Origin: a virus
Taxonomy: Duplodnaviria > Heunggongvirae > Uroviricota > Caudoviricetes
Reading direction: 5' to 3' (one strand)
DNA length: 44,479 nt
Virus record (IMG/VR): IMGVR_UViG_2526164662_000049
Positions within the stretch are counted from its first letter, which is position 1, and every line of letters begins with the position of its first letter. Below, piece by piece: positions 29,114 to 37,683 of this stretch. The notes beneath the pieces were generated by a model. It made no database searches and was not told the origin of the DNA. It saw only the letters and a list, made by a program, of their open reading frames with translations. Made by a program: the position numbers and the translations under genes.

Positions 29114-29365
29114 CTAACAGGATGCTCTGACTCGCAATTCATCCAGCAGTTTATCATTTCCCATAATGTCACTTACCCTCATCGGTAAAAAAATTGCCTT
29201 TCGACCATTACGATACATCATTGATTTTGGGATTTCAGGGAAGTAATCCATTTCGACTATAACTGACAGGTCATCACGACGTATGACTGCGTATTTGCTA
29301 CTAAATAGTTTCTTTATTTTTTCCACGATGCCTCCAGGTTTATAAGTACAAAAGGTTATATCCAC
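29114..29365 (-). CDS. Rem-like small protein
   Basis: 83 aa ORF between hokD and DUF1367-like gene, as in Qin prophage (hokD-rem-ydfU). Confidence 0.45.
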   Translation of the reverse strand: MDITFCTYKPGGIVEKIKKLFSSKYAVIRRDDLSVIVEMDYFPEIPKSMMYRNGRKAIFLPMRVSDIMGNDKLLDELRVRASC

Positions 29366-29601
29366 ATAGAGACAAAAATATTAATCTGAAAAATATTTAT
29401 TTCACGCCATATATTTGATTATTTAATGTGCAGGTACAATGACTTTTATTTTGTGTTGTGTATATAATCAAATATATGGTTATTTTTCACCCTGCGTATT
29501 CAGCGCGCAACAAAAAACCCGCCGAAACGGGTTAAGCGCGGGTGCGTTGAGGATGCCTGACTCATCAGAGGTGGCGAGGGATTTCTCCCCCGCCTGGTCT
29601 C

Positions 29602-29757
29602 TTACTCCTCAGGTTCGTAAGCTGTGAAGACAGCGACCTCCGTCTGGCCGGTTCGGATTCGTACCTCGCAGAGGTCTTTCCTCGTTACCAGTGCCGTCAC
29701 TATGACGGTTAAACAGATGACGATCAGGGCGATTAACATCGCCTTTTGCTGCTTCAT
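29602..29757 (-). CDS. hokD: Hok-family type I toxin (HokD/RelF-like)
   Basis: 51 aa MKQQKAMLIALIVICLTVIVTALVTRKDLCEVRIRTGQTEVAVFTAYEPEE; terminator hairpin downstream at 29513-29535. Confidence 0.8.
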   Translation of the reverse strand: MKQQKAMLIALIVICLTVIVTALVTRKDLCEVRIRTGQTEVAVFTAYEPEE

Positions 29758-30003
29758 AGCCTGCTTCTCCTTGCCTTTCGGCACGTAAGAGGCTAACCTA
29801 CATTTGTGAGACATAGATTGGGCCTCAGATTAATGTTAAGCGTCTTGCAGGACGCGTAATGTTAACTGGGGCTTTTCTCTATCTGCCTTTTGGTGTTCAT
29901 GCCTGAGACAGATAGCCTCAAGCACCCGCAGCAATTCTACTTAACTCTCCTTTTCCCGCAAACCGTTTTTACCCGATATGGGAATTCCCATATCGTAATG
30001 AAT

Positions 30004-30108
30004 TCAGTTCCCTAGTCGATCCATCAAAAACACAACCAGGCAGTAAACGCCCACAACAGCAACAACAGCCAGCGCACCTTCCATTGCCAGTGATATATCA
30101 TCCGACAT
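30004..30108 (-). CDS. small hydrophobic peptide (34 aa)
   Basis: ATG with strong AGGAGGG RBS; MSDDISLAMEGALAVVAVVGVYCLVVFLMDRLGN; not in ORF track (shorter than 60 aa). Confidence 0.25.
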   Translation of the reverse strand: MSDDISLAMEGALAVVAVVGVYCLVVFLMDRLGN

Positions 30109-30143
30109 ATTCCCTCCTTTGGTGTTAATCCCGGCGAACGTTT

Positions 30144-30227
30144 TTACCCCCACCGACAAATAACATATACTAAAAAAGCGATAGCCATAGCAACGCCTGT
30201 AATTGCAAATGCTTCAGGCCAGTTCAT
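30144..30227 (-). CDS. small hydrophobic peptide (27 aa), ATGA-coupled to upstream gene
   Basis: MNWPEAFAITGVAMAIAFLVYVICRWG; start overlaps stop of DUF551 gene. Confidence 0.25.
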   Translation of the reverse strand: MNWPEAFAITGVAMAIAFLVYVICRWG

Positions 30228-31093
30228 TGGCGCACCTCCTGCGGCGGTTCTGGTAGCGGCATCCAGTGTGACGGTTTCCACGACGCACCAGGAATTATCC
30301 ACCCATCATTAGCGTCAGGATGACCCGGGATGTAAGTCGCCCATTTCATTCGCCAGTCACCTTTCCTGTCAAACTCCACGGCAACAAGAACGGCTGTTTT
30401 GGTATCCGGCATTCGCTCACTACAGCTTATCCAACTATCCGGAGTTACCGGATAGTTGCCCGATAGTGCATTCTGCTCCAGTGATGCTTTTACAAACCAC
30501 GCTGCCTGAACTATAACGCCATGAATCCAGCGCAAATCAGCATCGCGATCTTTCTTTTTCATCTTTTCGCCACTTAAGGCCTTGCTTATGTGGCTGCGTA
30601 CCAGGTCTTCATGTAATTCCTTCGCCTCCTCAATGGTGAAACCACCAGGCAGAAGAGCCGGAGTTACCGGAGAGCTGGTTGACGCTTCCGGGATTTTCCG
30701 AAAATTATTGGTTGACGAATCTTTATTTTCCCGAAAGTTTCCGGACTGAAGCATGGCTTCGCGGCAATCGTTCCAGCCTGTAGCGTATGCAGCCGCTTTG
30801 CTGCTGCCTTCAACTGGCGCATCCTGCCAATACATTTCTTCCGGCACTATCGGCGCTGGAGGGGCGGCAAATAGATATCCGCCAAAGTCAGGAAGCTCTC
30901 TAATGGCCTGTACAAATTTTTGTTTGCCTACGTCAACCCCTAATGGGTAATGAGCTATAATCTTTGCCACCGGCTCTGCTTCCAGCGATGCCAGCGCAAT
31001 CCGTGCCAGTTCCATTTGTTCACCACGGGTAAGCCCGTTTTCAAGCGGATTTTTAATGAACAATTCAATACGTTCTTTGGTAATAGTGGTCAT
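30224..31093 (-). CDS. phage protein with C-terminal DUF551-like domain
   Basis: 289 aa; C-terminal region with W/P-rich ending typical of DUF551 nin-region proteins. Confidence 0.55.
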   Translation of the reverse strand: MTTITKERIELFIKNPLENGLTRGEQMELARIALASLEAEPVAKIIAHYPLGVDVGKQKFVQAIRELPDFGGYLFAAPPAPIVPEEMYWQDAPVEGSSKAAAYATGWNDCREAMLQSGNFRENKDSSTNNFRKIPEASTSSPVTPALLPGGFTIEEAKELHEDLVRSHISKALSGEKMKKKDRDADLRWIHGVIVQAAWFVKASLEQNALSGNYPVTPDSWISCSERMPDTKTAVLVAVEFDRKGDWRMKWATYIPGHPDANDGWIIPGASWKPSHWMPLPEPPQEVRQ

Positions 31094-31162
31094 GTGTTAC
31101 TCCTTAACCCGCAGTGCTTTCAACTGATGAGGGGAACAAAATCTTTTCATCAAACCCTGCAT

Positions 31163-31380
31163 TCATATCATGAACAGCAACACACCAATCCATCGACGAA
31201 CGATTATCAAGAGCCTCCATGATTTCATCCATGCGGCGTAGGTCATACAGGTAAATGCTTTTATCGCCAATGGTGTAAAAGCCAATGGTGTAAAAGCCAA
31301 TTTTTTCGGTGATGGACAGCGATCAAGAACTTCCTGTAATTCGTTTAACCATGCCCGTTCTTTTTTTGTCAAAGTTGCCA
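31163..31380 (-). CDS. small hypothetical protein containing tandem 15 bp repeat
   Basis: start MATLTKKERAW with AAGGA RBS; repeat encodes LAFTPLAFTPL. Confidence 0.3.
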
Positions 31381-31634
31381 TATCAGTTTTCCTTATACGG
31401 ATTAATTTTATTGTGCAGTGTGTTGAACGACGCTCATACAACGTCGTTATACAATTCAGTAACTGGCTCAATTATTTTCCCGATTGCCCAGACTAGGATT
31501 AGAGGGGATATCGGTATCATCAATACGATAAACAGAATGAGAAACAGAAATTCTGTCGTTCTACTCTTTCGCGGATATTCTTTTCTGAATAATGTAGTCC
31601 ATTCATTACCGCCCTTTCGGGCGGCCTCCTGACA

Positions 31635-31847
31635 TTAATCGTTGTGGTAACTCATGGCTTCATTTGCAGCATCAACTGGATCAACCTCCCACCAGCAATA
31701 ATTTGGTGCGTTTCCTTCAGGCGTCCATGGTTCTAATTCATTTTTTGCCACATTCTCGTCGCCAGTGATTTTAAGAATCTGCTCAGAGAATTTTCTTACC
31801 CACTCGTTATATTTTTCCGCATTAATGGCTTTCTGTGTATTTAACAT
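31635..31847 (-). CDS. small hypothetical phage protein
   Basis: 70 aa ORF in nin-like region. Confidence 0.4.
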   Translation of the reverse strand: MLNTQKAINAEKYNEWVRKFSEQILKITGDENVAKNELEPWTPEGNAPNYCWWEVDPVDAANEAMSYHND

Positions 31848-31952
31848 AGATACTCCTCCGGTTAAGGATTAAATTTTATTTACAGTGCTGAACTTAATTA
31901 TTCAGATTTGGATTATGCTTTCTCTTCACGAAGTTCCGATTGTTAATTTGGC

Positions 31953-32390
31953 TCACAACAGCACCTTCTGAAAATTACCCTGATAGAAAGCCAGTACACG
32001 CTGCATAGCTTCGCTCTTCCGGCACTCGCTACAGATTATGTTCAGACGCCTGTCGTAGCGGCGTATTTCTCCGTCTGGTAATGACCAGATAAGATCCGGA
32101 TCAACCACAGATGGTTTCTTCACCTTTGCCCTAGATAGTTTTTTGCGGGCATTTTGCCAGTCCTTACGAGCCTGTTCAGACGGGAATAACCCGTAACCAG
32201 AGTTGTATACATCGCCACTGGCAACCAGCTCTCTGGTGAGAACGCTCATCAGATATCTTGTCGCACCTGTCTTGGCTTCCAGTTGCCGTAACGTCTCGCG
32301 CCCACTCCGGCGTACTAGTTCAACAACCTGCCCTTTAATTTTTTCCCGCTCTTCTTGTGTAAATACTTTTGCCATAAGCGCCTCCGGCAA
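31953..32390 (-). CDS. hypothetical protein, possible winged-helix
   Basis: 145 aa ORF starting at stop of upstream gene. Confidence 0.45.
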   Translation of the reverse strand: MPEALMAKVFTQEEREKIKGQVVELVRRSGRETLRQLEAKTGATRYLMSVLTRELVASGDVYNSGYGLFPSEQARKDWQNARKKLSRAKVKKPSVVDPDLIWSLPDGEIRRYDRRLNIICSECRKSEAMQRVLAFYQGNFQKVLL

Positions 32391-33152
32391 TCACTTTTCC
32401 GATACAACACGGCGGGAAGAATCAGTAATCTGTCGAACAATATCCCGGTGCTTGTTCAGCTCCCGCAGCGCGGCGCAGACTCGCTCCCACTTCTGAACAT
32501 CACTTTTCGCCCTGCGCAGCGCCAGGTTTGCCCTGCGAAGGGACGGAAAAATCAGCTCATCTGCTTGCGTTTCGGTAAACGATGGCAACGGCTGCACAAT
32601 GTCCGCCACAGTTTCTGTTTTAATTTCTTCCTGTGTTGCGGCTTCCCGGACTGGTAACGCAGCACCTGCTGGCTGAGGAAAGGCCTTACCATCAGTTTCC
32701 GCTACCGATGCTGCTTTCGGCTCTGCTGGTAAATTATCGCCCGGTATGCAGTAACGAAATTTACCGCCCTGATTTACGCGAATCAGACGACCTTTGCTGA
32801 TTGCCATTGCCAGCGTTGAAGCCACTTTGCGTGATGTGGTACCAAACAATGTAGCCAGCTCATCAGCCGTTTGTGGTCCGCGTTGTTCAATCGTTGCGGT
32901 TAAATCGCACTCTGAGATTTTCGCTACTGTTGCTGTGGTGGTTTCTTCCGGCAGTTCTGCCTGCGCTGGCTGTTCCTGCTGAACGTTGTTATCAGCCACA
33001 CGCCAGGTGTACGCGCTTTTATCAACAAAACCAGCCTTTTTCAGTTCCCATAGTTCGTTCAGCACTTCTTCACGACTGATATCAAGTCGCGCAGCAAGTT
33101 CTATGGATGTGGCTTTTCCCATTGCTTTCAGTGCGTCAAAAACAGTCTCCAT
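32391..33152 (-). CDS. phage protein with N-terminal HTH-like region (DUF1627-like)
   Basis: about 253 aa from METVFDAL with GGGAGG RBS; follows DnaC-like gene. Confidence 0.5.
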   Translation of the reverse strand: METVFDALKAMGKATSIELAARLDISREEVLNELWELKKAGFVDKSAYTWRVADNNVQQEQPAQAELPEETTTATVAKISECDLTATIEQRGPQTADELATLFGTTSRKVASTLAMAISKGRLIRVNQGGKFRYCIPGDNLPAEPKAASVAETDGKAFPQPAGAALPVREAATQEEIKTETVADIVQPLPSFTETQADELIFPSLRRANLALRRAKSDVQKWERVCAALRELNKHRDIVRQITDSSRRVVSEK

Positions 33153-33174
33153 TAAAATTTCCTCCCGGTAAAAA

Positions 33175-33921
33175 TTACTTCGCAATTCCTGGCTGACCAA
33201 CATTCGGACGCCAGCTCTCCCAGTTAAAATTCACCCATCGCCCGCCGTTCATGGTCATGCGATCCATAATCCGCTCGCCGAGCAATGTTTTCATGGCCTC
33301 ATAGTTCAGGTTTGTCAGCATCCCCACGCTGCGCATCGACGCTGTCCGGCGATCAACAATCTGGTGCAGCACCACCTGCTCGTTTTTCGTCTCGCGCTGA
33401 ATGCCAATTTCATCAAGAACCAGCAGATCCACTTCGCACAGCTCCCGCAAAAATTTTTCGCCTGACTGCCCGTCGTCATAGCTGGCGTGCAGGGCGCTCA
33501 TAACATCAGCCACGGTAACCACAATCACTGTCTGACCGTCTTTCAGCAGGCGATTCCCGATAGCTGCCGCTAAGTGATTCTTCCCGGTACCAGGTTTTCC
33601 GCTGAACGCAAAATTTGTACACCCGGTCATCAGTTCATCGGCGATGGATTTCGCCTGGCTTAACGCGTATCGCTGCCCTTCGTTCTGCACCTGGTAATTC
33701 GCAAACGAGCATTTGCGGTGCAACGGCTGGATGCCAGAGCGATTCAGGATTTTTTCCACCCGCAACTGACGATTCAGGCGGTTGATCTCCTCGCAACGTT
33801 TCTGGCCTTCAGCAAGTTGCCACTCGCGCCACTCCGCAACCGTTCTGAATGGGGCGGTTACATGTGGTGGGGTCAGTCTGCGGATACGCTCCAGAACGCC
33901 TCCTGTCGCAATATTTTTCAT
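33175..33921 (-). CDS. DnaC/IstB-like replication helicase loader (YdaV-like)
   Basis: 248 aa; Walker [16 protein letters not shown] and Walker B LLVLDEIG. Confidence 0.75.
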   Translation of the reverse strand: MKNIATGGVLERIRRLTPPHVTAPFRTVAEWREWQLAEGQKRCEEINRLNRQLRVEKILNRSGIQPLHRKCSFANYQVQNEGQRYALSQAKSIADELMTGCTNFAFSGKPGTGKNHLAAAIGNRLLKDGQTVIVVTVADVMSALHASYDDGQSGEKFLRELCEVDLLVLDEIGIQRETKNEQVVLHQIVDRRTASMRSVGMLTNLNYEAMKTLLGERIMDRMTMNGGRWVNFNWESWRPNVGQPGIAK

Positions 33922-33927
33922 GGCCTG

Positions 33928-34716
33928 TTACCCCCTGAAGCCTGGCGGGATCGCACTGTCCGGCAACGAGACGGTGTTAACCTGTCGGAGCAACGTCTCA
34001 GGCCGAACACCTTTCGGCGCGAACAGGCCCTGGTATTCATTGGCGATACTGTGTCGAATCACCTGCTCAGGTGTAAAACCCTGCTGGCGGAATTTTTCCA
34101 GCTCCCGTATCGCCCCGTTAGCGCCCTGCTCCGTTCGAATCGGTTTTCGCAATGCCTGCCTGAACCGGACCCACTCATGCCAGAGTGTTTCCGGCAACCA
34201 ATCGGGCAGCTCAATAGCCTCCGGCTCAAATTTTTTAGACGCTCGTTTTTGGCGAGGGGGATTTAGGGGGAGATCAGTATTTATATCTTCCTCTTCCTCT
34301 TCCTCTGGTAACGCTTTTTGATCCATTTGTGTAACGCTGCCAGCGTTACCTTTTCGTTTCAGTTCGCGTATTTTTGTAACTCGCTCGTTTGTAACCGCCC
34401 GTTTTTTAGAGCTTTTCCCGTTATGACGTTCAAAGTTAGGTAGAGAAAGCCCACCGTCATTTTCGACCAGCCATCCAACCTGAATTAACGCATCAGCAAA
34501 ACCAGCCATAAAAGTGATGCGATCTATTGCACTTTTTGTAACGCCGCGAGCGTTACAATCTGCATTACCGTCTATCATTTGTTGATCCGCCCATGCCCAG
34601 AAGCGAATAACCTTCCCTAATGCGGCATCTGGATCAATATTCAGAATCTCAGCAAGCCTGAATATTTCCGGCTTATCCGGCGTAATAACCTCGAGCTTTA
34701 TCCAGTTTGAAGCCAT
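33928..34716 (-). CDS. replication initiator (O-like / YdaU-like) with acidic linker
   Basis: 262 aa; EEEEEE linker; gene contains 19 bp palindromic iterons; precedes DnaC-like gene. Confidence 0.7.
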   Translation of the reverse strand: MASNWIKLEVITPDKPEIFRLAEILNIDPDAALGKVIRFWAWADQQMIDGNADCNARGVTKSAIDRITFMAGFADALIQVGWLVENDGGLSLPNFERHNGKSSKKRAVTNERVTKIRELKRKGNAGSVTQMDQKALPEEEEEEDINTDLPLNPPRQKRASKKFEPEAIELPDWLPETLWHEWVRFRQALRKPIRTEQGANGAIRELEKFRQQGFTPEQVIRHSIANEYQGLFAPKGVRPETLLRQVNTVSLPDSAIPPGFRG

Positions 34717-34767
34717 TTGTTTTCACCTTGTAACGCTCGCAGCGTTACATTTAACTGATACCGAACA
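34331..34767. repeat. putative origin iterons: three 19 bp palindromes GTAACGC(N5)GCGTTAC
   Basis: copies at 34331-34349, 34548-34566, 34749-34767 with about 200 bp spacing, plus degenerate copy near 34377-34396. Confidence 0.45.
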
Positions 34768-34793
34768 AAACAATCCGGCACGATTAATTTCAA

Positions 34794-35216
34794 TCAATGC
34801 ACTACGACAGAATCGCCGGGCGACCCACCACCGCTGAAATGTGCTTTCCGGTAAACGGCCTGGACTGCATCATCATGCGCATCAATTGCCGTACTCAACG
34901 CTTCCTGCGCCGCTAGTAATGCACGGCGTTCCAGGGTATCGAAGATGCAGAGTCGGTGACGCAGCTCGCGCGGAAGAATTGCCAGAACCGCAGGGATCAG
35001 TTTCTGAATTTTTTCCCTTTGCGCTTTCGTTTCACCTTTCAACCAACGGTGATAGATATTCTGCTGATTGTTCCAGTCCTTGCCTGGTACAAGGGGCAAT
35101 TCGCCGCCCCCCTGGCGCAGATATTCTTCAGTAATTGCGTTAGCGACCCACGCCTGCCCTTTTTCGGCTGCCAGGGCTAACAACACTGATTCGATGTGCT
35201 CATGCCTGATTTTCAT
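34794..35216 (-). CDS. CII-like / YdaT-like regulator
   Basis: 140 aa ORF immediately downstream of cro-like gene, Rac-like arrangement. Confidence 0.55.
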   Translation of the reverse strand: MKIRHEHIESVLLALAAEKGQAWVANAITEEYLRQGGGELPLVPGKDWNNQQNIYHRWLKGETKAQREKIQKLIPAVLAILPRELRHRLCIFDTLERRALLAAQEALSTAIDAHDDAVQAVYRKAHFSGGGSPGDSVVVH

Positions 35217-35458
35217 GAATCAACCGCTCCTATGCTGTTTTCGCTATGCTTACCGTCTGGGGGGGGGAATACATCGTCAAGTCCACAATGAGCGCCAAGC
35301 CGATTAAGGGTAGAAACAATTTTTCTGCACTCCTCTAGTCCAGGGGTACGAAAATTTGCTTCGTAATTTGCCAGTCGGCTTTGTATCCACCCTAACTGAA
35401 CAGCAAGTTGTCTTTGAGACAGCCCAAGCTGTTTTCGATATGTTGAAATTTTGTTCAT
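35213..35458 (-). CDS. Cro-like HTH regulator (YdaS-like)
   Basis: 81 aa; HTH LGLSQRQLAVQLGWIQSRLANYE; divergent from repressor gene. Confidence 0.65.
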   Translation of the reverse strand: MNKISTYRKQLGLSQRQLAVQLGWIQSRLANYEANFRTPGLEECRKIVSTLNRLGAHCGLDDVFPPPDGKHSENSIGAVDS

Positions 35459-35477
35459 TGAAAACCTCCGATGACAA

Positions 35478-35542
35478 TTTTAAACACATCTTGTGTTATA
35501 TGGTCAAGCTGTTTTGTGTTTTATGTAAATCACGATTCGTGA
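35478..35542. promoter_or_regulatory. divergent promoter/operator region between cro-like and repressor genes
   Basis: palindromes AACACATCTTGTGTT (35482-35496) and TCACGATTCGTGA (35530-35542); minus-strand TTGACC-N17-TTTAAA with operator in spacer. Confidence 0.45.
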
Positions 35543-35554
35543 TACAAGGATGCA

Positions 35555-35974
35555 ATGGAAAAAGAAAACGAAAAAATTGCCGCTAGTAGGCTCAATGACA
35601 AAATTGCAATGCGTCTTAAAGAGCGCAGGCAGAAGCTTGGTTTATCTCAAGGAAAACTTGCTGAAATCTGCGGATGGACGCAATCGCGTATAGGTAACTA
35701 TGAGGCGGGCAGCAGAAATGTTGGAGTGCATGACGCTGTCGTATTGGGAAAGGCTCTTGGCATATCTCCTCCTGAGCTCCTCTTTGGAGAACAGGAATCT
35801 TCTGAATTGTGGTTAAATGAATCCCAACGAAAACTTCTTGAGTTGTTTAACCAGCTACCGGGCTCAGAACAACAACGAATGATTGAGCTATTTGAAGTCC
35901 GGCTAAAAGAAATCGATGAGTATGTAGAAAAATATTTGAGAGGCAGGCTTAAAGATAATCCCCCACCGGAGTAA
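35555..35974 (+). CDS. prophage repressor, DicA/RacR-type HTH (no S24 peptidase domain)
   Basis: 139 aa; HTH LGLSQGKLAEICGWTQSRIGNYE; followed by terminator. Confidence 0.75.
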   Translation: MEKENEKIAASRLNDKIAMRLKERRQKLGLSQGKLAEICGWTQSRIGNYEAGSRNVGVHDAVVLGKALGISPPELLFGEQESSELWLNESQRKLLELFNQLPGSEQQRMIELFEVRLKEIDEYVEKYLRGRLKDNPPPE

Positions 35975-36003
35975 TGATCTTGCTATCACAGTAATATGCC
36001 AAT

Positions 36004-36030
36004 CAGCCCGCTATCAGCGGGCTTTTTTTG
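36004..36030 (+). terminator. rho-independent terminator after repressor gene
   Basis: hairpin cagcccgct-atc-agcgggct followed by TTTTTTT. Confidence 0.55.
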
Positions 36031-36056
36031 TACCATCATCATATGACACCCACCAC

Positions 36057-36100
36057 AAAACACATTTCGTGTTGACACAAGAAAACACATTGTGTTTAAT
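36057..36100 (+). promoter_or_regulatory. pL-like early promoter with operator palindromes
   Basis: AACACATTTCGTGTT and AACACATTGTGTT flanking/overlapping TTGACA-N17-TTTAAT. Confidence 0.45.
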
Positions 36101-36280
36101 AGGCATATCCAAACAACGCCCCACCAGAGAACGGCAGGACAATACCTCGAGTTATCCAGCCACTGAACAGGGCTAAGTAGCCAGCCTGAGGCATACGAAC
36201 ATGACGGCAGTTGTTGATTGATACAAAGCGCAGTAGATAAAACGTTCCGCCACCCGGCGTTAAGGGGAAATGAGGTCAAC

Positions 36281-36433
36281 ATGGATACTATCGATCTTGG
36301 CAACAACGAATCTCTGGTATGTGGCGTGTTTCCCAATCAGAACGGCACATTCACCGCCATGACGTATACCAAAAGCAAATCGTTTAAAACCGAAGCTGGC
36401 GCACGTCGCTGGCTTGCCAAAAATACCAGCTAA
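36281..36433 (+). CDS. YdaF-like small protein (DUF1391-like)
   Basis: 50 aa from MDTIDLGNNESLVCGVF with GAGGT RBS; Rac-like position. Confidence 0.45.
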   Translation: MDTIDLGNNESLVCGVFPNQNGTFTAMTYTKSKSFKTEAGARRWLAKNTS

Positions 36434-36829
36434 ACCATTTATTGGATTAATTCAATATTCTTGCTGTAGGGGTATAGCCGAGGCCACCAAAGCCCGGAGG
36501 TGGTGAAATAAAACCGGGCACAACACGAAGGCGCATTTCCGGTATCCATAAAGAGTCGGTCTTGTCTGTTAAATTTAAATGGTGGGAGTGCGCCTCCGGT
36601 TGTAAATAACGACATTGCTATGTGTAGTCTTTGGCGGCATCAGTTCTACTCCGTGGCTGCCCTGCCGCCCCTTTTTAAAGTGAATTTTGTGATGCGGTGA
36701 ATGCGGCTAAGCGCACGCGGCACAGTTAAAAGCATCAGTGTTATGGGTGGATTATCCGGCGTTAATTGTTAACTGGTTAACGTCACCTGGAGGCACCAGG
36801 CACCGCATCGACAAAATTCATTTGTAAAA

Positions 36830-37063
36830 ATGGAGATAATTATGATTGCTCATCACTTCGGAACTGATGAAATACCACGTCAGTGTGTGACTCCTGGCGA
36901 TTATGTTCTTCATGAAGGTCGGACATATATCGCCTCGGCAAACAATATTAAAAAGCGAAAACTTTATATTCGTAACCTGACTACAAAAACATGCATTTCT
37001 GACTGCATGATTAAAGTCTTCCTCGGTCGTGATGGTTTACCTGTAAAGGCGGAGTCATGGTGA
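36830..37063 (+). CDS. kilR: KilR-like cell-division inhibitor
   Basis: 77 aa ORF ([21 protein letters not shown]...); recalled similarity to Rac KilR; upstream of ydaE-like and racC. Confidence 0.55.
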   Translation: MEIIMIAHHFGTDEIPRQCVTPGDYVLHEGRTYIASANNIKKRKLYIRNLTTKTCISDCMIKVFLGRDGLPVKAESW

Positions 37064-37233
37064 TGACTAAGAAAATAAAATGTGCTTATCACCTTTGCAA
37101 TAAAGAAATTGAAGAAAGCAAAATCATTACAAGACCACTTCATTTCATGCGTGGAGTTATACCAACGACGGAAATGAAAAAATATTGTAGTGAAATCTGT
37201 GCCGAAAAAGACCAGATGGCACACGAACTTTAA
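37063..37233 (+). CDS. ydaE: YdaE-like small Cys-rich (metal-binding) protein
   Basis: 56 aa [16 protein letters not shown]...YCSEICAEKDQMAHEL; start overlaps kilR stop; not in ORF track (shorter than 60 aa). Confidence 0.45.
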   Translation: MTKKIKCAYHLCNKEIEESKIITRPLHFMRGVIPTTEMKKYCSEICAEKDQMAHEL

Positions 37234-37307
37234 TTAACTGACTATCCGAAACTGAATTTATGCCAGCAATGGCAGGGATTCGCTCAACCTTAATTAAGGA
37301 GAAAAAC

Positions 37308-37583
37308 ATGATTACCAGTTATGAAGCCACTGTTGTTACTACTGATGACATTGTTCACGAAGTCAGCCTGGAAGGAAAGCGTATTGGCTACGTGATTAAA
37401 ACAGAAAATAAAGAAACCCCTTTCACTGTGGTTGATATCGACGGTCCATCAGGCAACGTTAAAACGCTTAACGAAGGCGTCAAAAAAATGTGCCTGGTGC
37501 ATATCGGAAAGAATCTGCCCGCAGAAAAAAAAGCCGAATTTCTGGCAACTCTGATTGCAATGAAATTAAAAGGTGAAATCTGA
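37308..37583 (+). CDS. racC: RacC-like protein
   Basis: 91 aa from MITSYEATVVTTDD with AGGAG RBS; matches recalled Rac RacC. Confidence 0.65.
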   Translation: MITSYEATVVTTDDIVHEVSLEGKRIGYVIKTENKETPFTVVDIDGPSGNVKTLNEGVKKMCLVHIGKNLPAEKKAEFLATLIAMKLKGEI

Positions 37584-37683
37584 AAGAAATAGCCTGCGTA
37601 TGGCGCAGGCTATGAACAGTGTGTATCCGGCAAGATTATTCACTGAACAAACGAATTTTAATCTGAGTTGAGGTTAAAAAACA

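Noticed and set aside
30224-33203. Calling the DUF551 / 270 aa / 145 aa nin-region proteins a defence system
   Set aside because: They occupy conserved lambdoid nin/replication-adjacent positions and have no recognisable nuclease, ATPase or membrane-effector features; left as hypothetical
35986-36336. 116 aa minus-strand ORF across the repressor terminator and early promoter
   Set aside because: Overlaps a terminator hairpin, operator palindromes and the ydaF-like gene on the opposite strand; Cys/Trp-rich translation typical of spurious frames
36672-36822. Possible retron msr/msd element suggested by long inverted repeats flanking a structured segment
   Set aside because: No reverse transcriptase gene follows; the downstream gene is kilR, so a cis-regulatory RNA structure is the simpler reading
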